Shown: positions 1-9,798, counted from the stretch's first letter. The stretch is DNA of 50,923 nucleotides from Gemmatimonadota bacterium (GCA_039931815.1 JBDTRF010000001.1:1-50923); one strand, 5' to 3'. Notes: generated from the sequence alone by a model not told the origin. Made by a program: numbers and translations.

Positions 1-779
1 GGCGTCTGGTTGCGAAAATTGCCGTACCAGAACGTTTCCTGTTTGTGCCGCTGCCGCATTCGAAGCCGAATGGCGGGAAGAAAGCGATCACGGACAAAAT
101 CATTGGCCGCGGGACTGTTGGGGTTGAGTCCGGGCGAATAGGTGAGCAGGTAGCCGTGATAGCTGCCGTTAGTCGTATGGAGATCGATAAAGAAATCGGG
201 ATCCCACGCGTTGATCAGCTCAAGGGAGCCCCGCGTCTCCGGCGCCTCCATCTTGACGTAGTCGCGATTCAGATCGAGGCCCTGGCCATTGGCGCGCTCG
301 CCAACAATCGCCGGGCCGTTCTGACCGGGGCGGTTGCGATCACCCGGAGCGAAATGATCGTTCCCATCGGCGTTGTAAATGGGAATGACGAGGACGATGA
401 CGCTGTCGAGCAATGAGCGCAGGGGGCCGACGGTAAGATCCCGGAGCAGCATCTGGGCTGCTTCCTTGCCTTCGATTTCGCCGGCATGAATGTTGGCCTG
501 CACCAGGAGAATCGGCTTGCCACTCCGGTGCGCCGCGGCGGGGCCGTCCACCATTGGGCGCGCAGCCAGAACGACGGGGAGCGGTTTCCCTTCAGGACTC
601 TGGGCGAAAATCCACTGGCGGGCGTCGGGGGTTCGGCGGCCAAGCGAATCGAGGAACGTCATCACATCTGCGTAAGACGATGTCTCACGGTACTCGGTCC
701 GCTCCGCCCTGGTTGCCTGCGCTGAAGCAGAAGCGGTAGAGGCTGCCAGGAGCCCGGCGATCAGATAGCTGGTTTTCAT
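1..779 (-). CDS. M14-family zinc carboxypeptidase, N-terminal part (gene continues past the window start)
   Basis: Absent from the ORF track because there is no stop inside the window. Manual minus-strand translation from ATG at 779..777 gives MKTSYLIAGLLAASTASASAQ (signal peptide), then ANIHAGEIEGKEA (HxxE zinc site), GLDLNRDY, and FFIDLHTTNGSYHGY (third His ligand). The frame stays open to position 1. Confidence 0.8.
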   Translation of the reverse strand, partial: MKTSYLIAGLLAASTASASAQATRAERTEYRETSSYADVMTFLDSLGRRTPDARQWIFAQSPEGKPLPVVLAARPMVDGPAAAHRSGKPILLVQANIHAGEIEGKEAAQMLLRDLTVGPLRSLLDSVIVLVIPIYNADGNDHFAPGDRNRPGQNGPAIVGERANGQGLDLNRDYVKMEAPETRGSLELINAWDPDFFIDLHTTNGSYHGYLLTYSPGLNPNSPAANDFVRDRFLPAIRLRMRQRHKQETFWYGNFRNQT

Positions 780-813
780 CGGGAGCAATATAAACAGGCG
801 GGTTCGCGGTCAG

Positions 814-2829
814 TCATGGGGAACCTATGATGCGGAACTCGACCAGCCCGGGTTCTCCGTCCTCGACCGTGAACGTCACCTGCGGGATCAGTACCGGTCC
901 ACCGCGACGGGGGAAAACCCGGTCGGCACCCGGGAAGCGGCCCCATGCGGTGGCTACCCGATGATCGCGGAGTACCTCTTCGGGAGTTGTACCGGCGCGG
1001 ACCAGCAGGGCCACCGTCGCGAGCGGGTCCCCCAGCGTCCCGGCCAGGGTTCGGACCATCAGGTATCCCAGGTTGTGTGGATTGTCATCCGGGAGGCAGA
1101 CCCTCTTTTCGGCCTCGCCGAATGCGAGGAAGGGATACTCCTGATAGGCGGGGGCCAGCGCGACTTCAGTGAGCCATTCGGCCAGTCCTTCGGCCAGGAA
1201 GGGATCGAGCGGCCAGACGAGCACCTGCCCGCCCTCGAGCCGGAAGCCACTTCCGCGAAGGGTCGACTGGCGTCGATGCTCATGAAGAAGATGCTGCCAC
1301 TCGTGGACCAGCGTACCCAGTGCCATGAGAGGCTGGTAGCTGGGATCGAGGAGAATGGCGTCACGAGCCTCCAGGAAACCACCATACGACGACGCGGCAT
1401 ATTCTCCAAGCGAGGATACCGCATACACCGCGGTCCCCAGCTGAAACACCGTGCGATCATCGTGCACCGGCCGGAGGCGATGCGCCGCGGTCACCAGCGC
1501 GGGCGCTCCGTGCCGACGCAACCAGTCCTGTGCCGGCGCGTTTTCCGGAGTAAAGATCAGGTTGAAGAGGCCGGAATCAGACCCGACTCGTTCGGCTCCT
1601 TCGGGATATCCAAACAGCTTGACCTGGATTTCGGGCAGCGGCGCCGGCTCTCCCCAGAACGCGCGCACCAGGTCCGCCGGTGATCGCCGAGCGGCATGAT
1701 CCCCGATCCACTGTTGTTCCATCAGAAATCGAATAGCGGCAACGTACCATTGCGAGGCCTCGGCGTACCCCTGGAGCAGACTCGCCACCGCCGCTGCGGA
1801 TACCGCGTCACCACTCTTGATTCGAAGTCGCGTCGCGTTGAATACCGCGGTATCGGATTCCGAGAGGACGAAGAGTCGATAGACTGCGAGTGGAATTATT
1901 TCAACGCCGGCCAGTGTTGAGTCCAGCAGGCCCGCGGCAGCCAGGGCCGGGCGAGCGCTCTCCCAGCCGAGGCCAGGAAACGGCCGCCTGGCGCGGGCCA
2001 GTGCGACATCGTGAATGTCCACCAGCCAGGTCCCCTGAGGACGAAAGAGATAATCGAACTTCCTGATCGAGCTGTCCGCGCCGAGGACGGTGCGGATCTG
2101 TTCCAGGGTCCGGATACTCGCGGACACTGTCTCCTTCCGGTTGAGCAATCCCATTGCGCGGTACAGGCCGGCCGTTCCCAGGCTCTCCGCAGGAAGCGGC
2201 GAAACACCGGACCTCACGGCGATATCCTGATAGCGGCGGCGCGCGGCGGCAGGGGTTTCGCCGGCACGGGATGCCGCCGCGATCCATTTCCCGGGGATCC
2301 GGTACAGGATGTCCGCCGGGATCACCAGTTGGCGCTGCCGAAAACGAGGCGGTGCCGCGTAGTACTCGTCATCCTCACGCAACAGGACGCCGCGCCAGCG
2401 AAAGCGGCCGCGCTGATCGGAGGCCGTTCCCGCCAGCTCATCGCCAGCCAGGCGACCTTCGAAATGAACTGGTTGGGGAAGTTTCACCACGAAAGACATG
2501 AGTCCCGCGGAGTCGATTCGCCCATCCGAAAGTGAAACCCAGGCAGAGTCACTGTTCTCCAGCAGCAACTGACCTCGCACCTGGTTGGCGGGCGTTTCCA
2601 GCCTCAGCTCTCCCATAGTGGTCGAGCCAGGTCCCCGCTCAAGGGAGATTTTCCAGCGACCGGCCACCTGGGCGGACACCGGTGAAGCTACGCCGAGAAA
2701 AAGGAACGAAATGAAAAACGCGACCCGCGAGTGATGTCGTAGCCGGCGGCCAACTCGAAAGCGCGGGGTGCCCCACCTCAGGATTATCGGCTCGCGATCA
2801 CTCGCCCGGACAGTCACATGTCCTTCCAT
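814..2829 (-). CDS. secreted uncharacterised protein with HExxH zincin motif (putative metalloprotease-like)
   Basis: Taken from track ORF 814..3006. The first ~60 codons overlap the upstream CBS gene and look non-coding. Likely start is ATG 2829, or GTG 2817, which forms a GTGA overlap with the CBS stop. Hydrophobic signal-like segment VAFFISFLFLGVASPVSAQ. Motif LVHEWQHLLHEH followed by EGLAEW (possible third ligand). I do not recognise the family. Confidence 0.6.
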   Translation of the reverse strand: MEGHVTVRASDREPIILRWGTPRFRVGRRLRHHSRVAFFISFLFLGVASPVSAQVAGRWKISLERGPGSTTMGELRLETPANQVRGQLLLENSDSAWVSLSDGRIDSAGLMSFVVKLPQPVHFEGRLAGDELAGTASDQRGRFRWRGVLLREDDEYYAAPPRFRQRQLVIPADILYRIPGKWIAAASRAGETPAAARRRYQDIAVRSGVSPLPAESLGTAGLYRAMGLLNRKETVSASIRTLEQIRTVLGADSSIRKFDYLFRPQGTWLVDIHDVALARARRPFPGLGWESARPALAAAGLLDSTLAGVEIIPLAVYRLFVLSESDTAVFNATRLRIKSGDAVSAAAVASLLQGYAEASQWYVAAIRFLMEQQWIGDHAARRSPADLVRAFWGEPAPLPEIQVKLFGYPEGAERVGSDSGLFNLIFTPENAPAQDWLRRHGAPALVTAAHRLRPVHDDRTVFQLGTAVYAVSSLGEYAASSYGGFLEARDAILLDPSYQPLMALGTLVHEWQHLLHEHRRQSTLRGSGFRLEGGQVLVWPLDPFLAEGLAEWLTEVALAPAYQEYPFLAFGEAEKRVCLPDDNPHNLGYLMVRTLAGTLGDPLATVALLVRAGTTPEEVLRDHRVATAWGRFPGADRVFPRRGGPVLIPQVTFTVEDGEPGLVEFRIIGSP

Positions 2830-3254
2830 TCCCTGGAGATCTGCTCGACCAGGGTGGCGGTATCCGCTGGAGCGTTGAGCCGGGTCGCGATGTCGGCTTG
2901 CGCAATAATGCCAATGACCCGGCGTTGCTCGACCACCGGAAGCCGGCGAACCTGCTGCCGGGCCATCGTTTCCAGCGCTCGCTGGATCTCGTCTTCCGGC
3001 GCGCACACGATCGGGTTGGCCGTCATGATCTCGCCGACGCGCGCCTCACCCGGGTCGCGTCGCTCCGCGATCACCTTGATGGCCAGATCGCGGTCGGTAA
3101 TGATGCCGACGAGAACCATGGTATCAAGGCTTTCCACCACGGGTACCGATCCAACGTTCCGTTGTTTCATCAGGAGCGCCACCTGCTCGACCGTCGCACC
3201 AGGTTCGATGCAGGCGGGAGTCTTGGTCATGATCTCTCGACACGTCTGTTGCAT
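2814..3254 (-). CDS. CBS-domain pair protein
   Basis: Track ORF 2814..3386 trimmed to the internal ATG at 3254 (MQQTCREIMTKTPACIEP...). Two CBS repeats are visible: IMT..P..I.P...V..A..LM....VGSVPVV and GIITDRDL, then IMTANPIVCAPEDEIQRALETMARQQVRRLPVV and GIIAQADI. Confidence 0.8.
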   Translation of the reverse strand: MQQTCREIMTKTPACIEPGATVEQVALLMKQRNVGSVPVVESLDTMVLVGIITDRDLAIKVIAERRDPGEARVGEIMTANPIVCAPEDEIQRALETMARQQVRRLPVVEQRRVIGIIAQADIATRLNAPADTATLVEQISREWKDM

Positions 3255-3410
3255 AGCGAGCTCACGTGGTGAGGAAGAAGTCAGAATAGATCGGAAGGTA
3301 AACGGGAAAGACCGGGGGCAGGCACCCCGGACCGTGACCGTCGTGATGTCAACCCGGTCCCGGATATTGAGGAGGGCCCGGGGCACCGAGCCCGAGCAGG
3401 CAGGCAGCGA

Positions 3411-4490
3411 TCAGCTCTCGGTGGGAACGACCGGTTTTCGTTCGACCACGGTTGCCTTGACCGGGATGCCTTCTGACAACCGCTCCAGGCCGCCGACGAC
3501 CACCTGGTCGCCGGGATCGATGCCGCTCAGAATCTCCACGAAACCGGGAATGCGCACGCCCAGTCCGACGGCCCGCCGACTCGCCTTTCCCTCGGCGACC
3601 ACCCAGATGAAGTTGGCGCCCTGCATCGGGAGAATGGATTCCTCCGGGACGAGCACCGCGTTCGGCCGTACGTCTGTGGCCAGGCGAGCCTCGATAAACA
3701 TGCCGGCCTGGAGCTTGTGCTGAGGATTGGGAGCGCGGGCCTTGATCAGAATGGTCCGGGCGGGCAGTTGGATGACCGGGTCGACAAAGTCGACAATCCC
3801 GACAAACTCCTCGCCGGGAATGGCCGCCACCCGGAAGTGTACGGTCTGTCCTTCTCTCAGCTTCTGGGCGTATTTCTCGGGAACCTGGAAGGCCGCGCGT
3901 TGCGGATTCACCGTCTGCAGCGTGGCCAGCCGAGTGCTGGACGTCACATAGTCTCCCAGGCTGACAAATCGCTGGCCGACGACACCCGCGAAAGGGGCCC
4001 GCACGGTCGAGCGGGTAACCCGGAGCGCGAGAATGTCCGCCTGCGCATGGCTGCTGCGCTCTGCCGCCTCGGCGCGCTCGAGATCGGCGGCGGACGAGGC
4101 GTTCTGGGTCTGAAGATCACGGGTCCGCTTGAGGGCCTGGCTGGCCAGATCCCAGTCGGCCTGCGCCCGGGCCAGCTGGGCCCTGGCCTCGGCGTCATCG
4201 ATCTTGAAAAGCCCACCGCCTGCCGCCACCTCCTGACCCTCGCGAACCAGCAGTTCCGTGATTCGCCCTTCCACCTCGGGCTTAAGCTCAATCGCCTGCA
4301 TGGCCTCGACCTGGCCGGTCGCCGCGATCGCATCGACGACGGTGTCTTTCCGTGCTACGGCCACCTCCACCGGCATCGAGAACCCGCCGGGCGGTCCGCC
4401 AGCGGCGGCGGCCTTGGGATCCTTCTTACAGCCGGCCAGCACACCAGCGGCGACGAAGACGAAAGAAAACCGGAGCATCGACATGGTCAT
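3411..4490 (-). CDS. RND efflux periplasmic adaptor (membrane fusion protein, HlyD/AcrA family), lipoprotein
   Basis: Track ORF 3411..4532 with start moved to MTMSMLRFSFVFVAAGVLAGC (lipobox). Coiled-coil hairpin (AEARAQLARAQADWDLASQALKRTRDL) and beta-barrel segments are typical of MFPs. Last gene of the pump operon. Confidence 0.85.
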   Translation of the reverse strand: MTMSMLRFSFVFVAAGVLAGCKKDPKAAAAGGPPGGFSMPVEVAVARKDTVVDAIAATGQVEAMQAIELKPEVEGRITELLVREGQEVAAGGGLFKIDDAEARAQLARAQADWDLASQALKRTRDLQTQNASSAADLERAEAAERSSHAQADILALRVTRSTVRAPFAGVVGQRFVSLGDYVTSSTRLATLQTVNPQRAAFQVPEKYAQKLREGQTVHFRVAAIPGEEFVGIVDFVDPVIQLPARTILIKARAPNPQHKLQAGMFIEARLATDVRPNAVLVPEESILPMQGANFIWVVAEGKASRRAVGLGVRIPGFVEILSGIDPGDQVVVGGLERLSEGIPVKATVVERKPVVPTES

Positions 4491-4528
4491 TTCGCGATTC
4501 TTTGGGGCAGGTCGAAGAAAGGAGTATC

Positions 4529-5806
4529 TCACGGGAGCACACGGTCGGTTGTCAGTCGCTGGCCAATGATCGCTTCCAGTCCGGCCAGAGCGAGACGGGC
4601 GGCAAAACGAGCCTGGACCAGGTCACTCTCTGCCTGGGTCAGATCCACCTGGGCGTTTAACAACTCGATGATTGTCGAAGCACCGGCGCGGTAGCGCGCC
4701 TCCTGCACTCGATAGTTTTCCCGGGCAACCAGCACCGCAGTCTGCTGCAGATCGACCGTGACGCGATCCGTGTTGTAGGCCTCGTATGCCTGGGTCACGT
4801 CCGTCAGCGCCGCGTTTTCCAGGTCAGCGCGAATCGCCTCGGCCACATCCCGGTTGACCCGCGCCTGGCTGATCGCGATTTCGCGCTGCCCGTTGTCCCA
4901 GATGGGCAGGGAGACGCCGAAATCAATGGAAGAGATATTCCGGGCGCCAGGAAATATCCGGGTATCAAACCGGGTGTGCGACGCGGTGGCGGTAAAGACT
5001 GGGAGATACTCTCCGCGCCGGGACTTGAGAATCGCGCGGGCTGACTGTTCATTGGCGCGCGCGACCCGGTACTGAGGACCCTGGGACAGCGCCAGCGTGA
5101 CAGCCTGGGTCAGCTCGATCGGAAGCTCTGCGGCAGAGACACTGTCGAGCGGTACCGCTTCGACCGGACCGGAGATCCCGATGCGCCGGCCCAGCTGTAA
5201 CCGGGCGACCTTGAGCGCCGATGCCTGGCGCAGCTGTTCCACCTGGGCCCGGGTCAGCTCGAGAAAAAGCTGGAGTGAATCGGTTTGCACGGCGGCACCC
5301 GAGGTCACCCGGGCCCGCGCCACCTGGAATGCCTCGCGGGCCCGCTTGAGGCGCTCGTCGGTGACCCCTGCGAGATCCTGGTTCGCGAGCACGTCATAGA
5401 AATCCGACTCGGTGAGCAGGGCCGCCGAGAAACGAGCCTCCATGGTGCCGGCCACGGCGCCTTCCAGGTCGGCCCGGGTGCGAGAAAGCTCGGCGAACTT
5501 TCGTACGCTGAAAATTTCATAACGGGCGGTCGCCTGGAAGTTGGCGGAGGTAGACTGGAGGCCGCCGGTCCCGATATTGAAGAAAGCGCTCGAGTACTTG
5601 GTCAGGTCCAGCGACACCGTCAAAGACGGAAGCACGAAGGTCGACATGGCGGCACGCCTGCCCCAGTTCGCGGTTCCCACCTGCCCCAGGGCCGCGACAT
5701 AGTTCGGATCGAGCCGGGTCGCCCGGGCCAGTGCATCGTTCAGCGTGATCCGCGGCAGCGTGTCGACGGCGGTGGTGATCTGAAGTGCGAGCAGAAGTGA
5801 CAACAT
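4529..5806 (-). CDS. TolC-family outer membrane efflux protein
   Basis: Track ORF 4529..5887 trimmed to ATG 5806 ([15 protein letters not shown]). That start overlaps the RND stop by 1 nt (TGATG). Duplicated helical and beta repeats with the typical LTLNDAL..A...P motif. Confidence 0.85.
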   Translation of the reverse strand: MLSLLLALQITTAVDTLPRITLNDALARATRLDPNYVAALGQVGTANWGRRAAMSTFVLPSLTVSLDLTKYSSAFFNIGTGGLQSTSANFQATARYEIFSVRKFAELSRTRADLEGAVAGTMEARFSAALLTESDFYDVLANQDLAGVTDERLKRAREAFQVARARVTSGAAVQTDSLQLFLELTRAQVEQLRQASALKVARLQLGRRIGISGPVEAVPLDSVSAAELPIELTQAVTLALSQGPQYRVARANEQSARAILKSRRGEYLPVFTATASHTRFDTRIFPGARNISSIDFGVSLPIWDNGQREIAISQARVNRDVAEAIRADLENAALTDVTQAYEAYNTDRVTVDLQQTAVLVARENYRVQEARYRAGASTIIELLNAQVDLTQAESDLVQARFAARLALAGLEAIIGQRLTTDRVLP

Positions 5807-8800
5807 CAGTGGGCCTCCACAATGGCCGGCACGCTGTCCGGCTTCGGCTGGACCGCTCGGCTGCGGAGCCCTTCGAAAATCACCCACACCACGGGAACCA
5901 GGAACAGGGTGAGCATGGTGGAAAAGAAAACGCCACCGACTACCGCATAGCCCAGCGGGCGTCGACTGATCGAGCCGGCGCCGAGCCCCAGGGCAATCGG
6001 CACGGCGCCCATGATGGTGGCGAACGAAGTCATCAGAATGGGGCGCAACCTCACCCGGCCCGATTCCACCATCGCGTCAAACGGGGTCAGCCCTTTGGCC
6101 CGCAGGCGATTGGCATATTCGACAAGCAGGATCGAGTTCTTGGTCACGATACCAATCAGCAGGATCATTCCGATCTGGCTGTACAGGTTGAGCGTCGAGC
6201 CGGCAATCTTGAGCGTCACCAGCGCCCCCGTCACGGCCAGCGGAACCGCCATGAGCACGGTGAAGGGATGAATCAGTGACTCGAACTGCGACGCCAGCAC
6301 CATGAACACCACGATGAGCGCCAGGACAAAGGCGAAGTAAAGGGCGCCACCGCTTTCTTCCAGCTCACGGGACTCGCCGGCCAGCGCCGTGCTGCTGCCT
6401 TTGGGCAGCACCGTCGCGGCGACGGCGCGGAGCGAATCGAGCGCTTCGCCCAGGGTAAAGCCCGGTGCCAGGTTGGCGGTAAGGGTGAAGCTCCGCACGC
6501 GATTGAAGTGGTTGAGCGACTGGGGGCCTACCCCTTCAGCGACTTTGGCCAGCGCGTCAAGCTGAACCAGCTGCCCCTGGTTACCCCGGAGATAGATCCC
6601 GCTCATGTCAGCCGGCGTGGCCCGTTCCTCCGGTTTGAGCTGAGTGATGACGTCGTACAACTTGTCAGCCCGGGTGAAGGTGCTGCTCTTGTGGCCGCCC
6701 AGCAGGCTCTGCAGCGCAGACGCGACGTCCCGCACCGGAATGCCGACATCCTCAGCCCGGTTGCGATCAAACGTCACGGTGAGTTCCGGTTTGTTTACCC
6801 GGAGATCGGTGTCCACGTTGACCAGCCCCTTGACGCGCCGCGCGCGGGCCACCAGGCTATCCATGGCTCCGGTCAGCATCCCGAAATCCGGATGCTGCAC
6901 CACGAACTGCACCGGATTCCCGAATCCGCCGAATGCGGCCGGCTGGTTGGCGAACGCAAAGACGCCTGGAATACCGAAGAGCTGGGGCTGCACCTCGCCA
7001 ATCACATCTTTCACCTGTCGATTTCGTTTGCTCCAGTCGGTGAGCCGAACGAACAGAATCCCCTGGTTCACCCGGCCACCAAATCCGAGGATACTGAAAT
7101 ACCCTTCCACGTCCTTGGTCCGGGCGAGGATCGCTTCGACCTGCCGTTCGTACTGATCGGTGTAGGCCAGCGTCGACCCCTCGGGGCCGAAGACAATGGT
7201 GATGAAATAGCCCTGGTCTTCCGGAGGGATGAACTCCCGCTTGAGAGTCTTGAACATCACCAGGGCGACGACGATCGTCGCCGCGGCGCCACCGAGAATG
7301 ACGGCACGGTGGCGGAGCGCCCATCCCAGGGTCCGGGTATAGTAGGTCGCGGTGGATTCAAATCCCCGTTCAAAGGCCCGGAAGATGGGCCCGTGCTGCT
7401 TGGGCACGCGGAGGATCTTCGAGCAGAGCATGGGCGTCAGCGTAAGCGCGACGAACCCCGAGATGACGACCGATCCGGCAACCGCGATGCCGAACTCATT
7501 GAAAAGCCGACCGGTCGAGCCCTTGAGAAAGGCAAGTGGAATAAAAACCGCAACCAGGGATATCGTCGTGGCCAGCACGGCAAAGGCGATTTCCCTGGTC
7601 CCGTTGACGGCGGCCGTGTGGGGATCCTCGCCCAGTTCTTCCTGGTGCCGATAGGCGTTTTCCAGCACGATGATCGCATCGTCGACGACGATACCGATCG
7701 CCAAGGTGAGCGCCAGCAGGGTCAGGTTGTTGATCGAGAACCCCAGCGCATACATGACGGCGAAGGTCGAAATGATGGACGCCGGGATGGCGAGGCCCGG
7801 GATGATGGTGGCGCGGAGGTTTCGAAGGAAAATGAAAATGATGATGACAACGAGGAGGCCGGCGATGACCAGCGTCGACTTGGCTTCCTCAATGGAACGG
7901 CGGACGAAGATCGACTGATCGAACGCGACTTCAAGTTTGACACCTGGCGGAAGCGCCTGCTGGATCGCAGGCAACTCCTTCTGGATGGCGTCGGCGACCT
8001 GGATCAGGTTGGCCTTGGATTGGCGGATAACGCCGATCGCCACGGCCGGTGTTCCGTTGTACCGCAGCGCGCTCCGCTCATTCTCCGCACCCAGCTCGAC
8101 TCGGCCCAGGTCGCGCAGCCGGATCATCTGGCCATGCTGATTGTCGACCACCATGTCGGCAAATTCTTCAGGACTCTTGAGCTCTCCCAGGGAACGGACG
8201 CTGAATTCCCGCCGGGTGGATTCGATGCGACCCGAAGGAATTTCCACGTTCCGGCTGCGAATGGCGGTTTCCACGTCCTGCACCGTCAGGTTACGGGCGG
8301 ACAGTTCCGAGGCGGACAGCCAGACCCGCATGGAAAATCGACGCTCTCCGAAAATCAGGGCCTGCCCCACACCCGGCAGCGTCTGGAGCCGCGTCTTGAC
8401 GACCCGGTCACCAATATCCGACAACTGGAGGAGATCGTAGTTCGCGCCCTCGAGCGCCAGCCAGAAGAACGGATTGGCATCCGCCTCCTGCTTGGAGACA
8501 ACGGGCTCAAGCACCTCCTCGGGAAGCCGACCACGAACCCGGGCGACCTTGTCCCGCACGTCCTGGGCGGCAGCTTCAACCGGCCGGTCGAGGTTGAACT
8601 CCAGGGTGATATTGCTCAGCTGTTCCGAACTTGCGCTGGTCAGTGTTCGAAGGCCCTCGACCGTGCTCAACTCCTCCTCGAGAATATCGGTGACGGCGGA
8701 CTCTACGACCTGGGGGTTTGCGCCCGGCAGCGTCGTACTCACCGAAATGATCGGAGGATCGACATCGGGATACTGCCGCACCGAAAGCCGGGAATACCCC

Positions 8801-8880
8801 AGCACGCCGAACAACACCAGCGCCGCGCTCATCATGCTGGCCAGGACCGGGCGTTCAATCGCGATGTCAGAGATTTTCAT
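5806..8880 (-). CDS. RND multidrug efflux permease (HAE1/AcrB family)
   Basis: 1024 aa. N-terminus [43 protein letters not shown] is diagnostic of AcrB-like pumps. The 12-TM pattern and the [13 protein letters not shown] motif are present. Confidence 0.95.
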   Translation of the reverse strand: MKISDIAIERPVLASMMSAALVLFGVLGYSRLSVRQYPDVDPPIISVSTTLPGANPQVVESAVTDILEEELSTVEGLRTLTSASSEQLSNITLEFNLDRPVEAAAQDVRDKVARVRGRLPEEVLEPVVSKQEADANPFFWLALEGANYDLLQLSDIGDRVVKTRLQTLPGVGQALIFGERRFSMRVWLSASELSARNLTVQDVETAIRSRNVEIPSGRIESTRREFSVRSLGELKSPEEFADMVVDNQHGQMIRLRDLGRVELGAENERSALRYNGTPAVAIGVIRQSKANLIQVADAIQKELPAIQQALPPGVKLEVAFDQSIFVRRSIEEAKSTLVIAGLLVVIIIFIFLRNLRATIIPGLAIPASIISTFAVMYALGFSINNLTLLALTLAIGIVVDDAIIVLENAYRHQEELGEDPHTAAVNGTREIAFAVLATTISLVAVFIPLAFLKGSTGRLFNEFGIAVAGSVVISGFVALTLTPMLCSKILRVPKQHGPIFRAFERGFESTATYYTRTLGWALRHRAVILGGAAATIVVALVMFKTLKREFIPPEDQGYFITIVFGPEGSTLAYTDQYERQVEAILARTKDVEGYFSILGFGGRVNQGILFVRLTDWSKRNRQVKDVIGEVQPQLFGIPGVFAFANQPAAFGGFGNPVQFVVQHPDFGMLTGAMDSLVARARRVKGLVNVDTDLRVNKPELTVTFDRNRAEDVGIPVRDVASALQSLLGGHKSSTFTRADKLYDVITQLKPEERATPADMSGIYLRGNQGQLVQLDALAKVAEGVGPQSLNHFNRVRSFTLTANLAPGFTLGEALDSLRAVAATVLPKGSSTALAGESRELEESGGALYFAFVLALIVVFMVLASQFESLIHPFTVLMAVPLAVTGALVTLKIAGSTLNLYSQIGMILLIGIVTKNSILLVEYANRLRAKGLTPFDAMVESGRVRLRPILMTSFATIMGAVPIALGLGAGSISRRPLGYAVVGGVFFSTMLTLFLVPVVWVIFEGLRSRAVQPKPDSVPAIVEAH

Positions 8881-9017
8881 GGGGCTGAACCAGGAGAAAC
8901 GTGAACAAGGGTCGTGAGGCCGGGAGTCCCGGCCCGCCTACGGAGCCAGCAGTGCGAAAGTTCTGGAGCCTCATGCGGATTGGCGGTCGCCGCAGGTATC
9001 TGATGGAACATCACGAC

Positions 9018-9050
9018 CAAACAAAAGGCCCGGAAATCCGATCCGGGCCC
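9018..9050 (-). terminator. intrinsic-terminator-like hairpin in the leader upstream of the RND operon
   Basis: Minus strand reads GGCCCGGA-TCGGATT-TCCGGGCC followed by TTTTGTTTGG (8-bp GC stem plus U-rich tail). It lies about 140 nt upstream of the RND start codon. Confidence 0.5.
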
Positions 9051-9260
9051 TGGGACGTATACCAGGGTGCGTGCGCGGCGCACGGAAGGTACTCCCGTCA
9101 CCGGCTGGGTGCATGCCGAAAATCGCAAAATTCGGTTGCGGTCATGTCAAGGAATCGTCTGAATTCAGGGCTGTTACTATACCGAACATAGGCCGAAAAC
9201 GCCAGTGTCAGGGCTGATGTCGAGCATTGTTAGCCTCGGACCGGGGGTGTACACTCCGCC

Positions 9261-9620
9261 ATGGCCCTAAAACTCTCGTCCCGACAGCAGGCGCAGCTTG
9301 TTTTTCTGGATGCCCAGGTTCAGAAGCTGGCCCGGATCCACACGTTGATCGAAAAGCTCAACTCGCCGTCCGAGATGGAGAGCTCCCGCAAGAGTCTTTC
9401 GCGGATGCTGGATGAAATGAAGTCGGGCGCTTCCGGGTTGGGGCTCAGCGGAATCGCGGCAACGGCAGCAATGATGTCGGGGCTGGCCCGGGGAACCGGC
9501 GGGTTACACACGCGGTTGCGGGGTCTTCGGGAGGGGCTGGCAGGACTGAAAATCAATTGCGATGGGGCGAGGAAAGCCGCCAGCAAACCAGCCGCGGCGG
9601 CGGAAGAGACCGTACCCTGA
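9261..9620 (+). CDS. hypothetical protein (119 aa, helical, Gly/Ala-rich centre)
   Basis: Track ORF with GC3-rich codon usage and no recognisable family. A possible leaderless promoter sits upstream: TTGTTA (9227..9232), 17-nt spacer, TACACT (9250..9255), ending 5 nt before the ATG. Confidence 0.45.
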   Translation: MALKLSSRQQAQLVFLDAQVQKLARIHTLIEKLNSPSEMESSRKSLSRMLDEMKSGASGLGLSGIAATAAMMSGLARGTGGLHTRLRGLREGLAGLKINCDGARKAASKPAAAAEETVP

Positions 9621-9621
9621 A

Positions 9622-9798
9622 TCAGGCGGTCGCGGTTTTGGTCTTCCGCTTTTCAATAATGCGATCGATCAGCGGCCCGGAGAGCAGGACGATCATCCCG
9701 TTGATCAATCCTCCGATCAGCAGCGACACGAAGGTCAGCGCGCCGAGGATAAGCGCGGCTCCGATCCCGGCAAAGATGAGATACAGGGCGTGAAACAT
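9622..9798 (-). CDS. small hydrophobic membrane protein (58 aa)
   Basis: Below the ORF-track size cut-off. Manual translation gives MFHALYLIFAGIGAALILGALTFVSLLIGGLINGMIVLLSGPLIDRIIEKRKTKTATA, i.e. two hydrophobic helices plus a basic tail. Its stop lies 1 nt from the stop of the convergent gene 9261..9620. Confidence 0.45.
   Translation of the reverse strand: MFHALYLIFAGIGAALILGALTFVSLLIGGLINGMIVLLSGPLIDRIIEKRKTKTATA

Noticed and set aside
2830-3006. N-terminal extension of ORF 814..3006 (MRAGRRDPASAGNDGPAAG...). Similar longest-ORF extensions occur at 12136, 16394..17674, 24969..25019, 31524, 34958, 38918..39010, 45773..45895 and 49525.
   Set aside because: The extensions overlap neighbouring genes or lack coding character. 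Internal starts give proper signal peptides, RBSs or start/stop overlaps.
6508-8904. 798-aa plus-strand ORF antisense to the RND pump. Similar long antisense ORFs occur at 45829..48153, 43919..45304, 20886..22430, 32635..34062, 30223..31377, 23172..24056, 13909..14793, 18904..19695 and 24234..25085.
   Set aside because: Each mirrors a strongly supported gene on the opposite strand. The translations are Arg/Gly/Pro/His-rich low-complexity sequence without recognisable motifs. Long stop-free antisense frames are an expected by-product of GC3-rich codon usage in high-GC genomes.
9261-9620. Possible degenerate Hpt (histidine phosphotransfer) motif in the 119-aa protein (LDEMKSGASGLGLSG versus H-x-x-K-G-x-x-x-x-x-G).
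   Set aside because: The phospho-accepting His is absent and the register is shifted by one residue. The resemblance is too weak to call.
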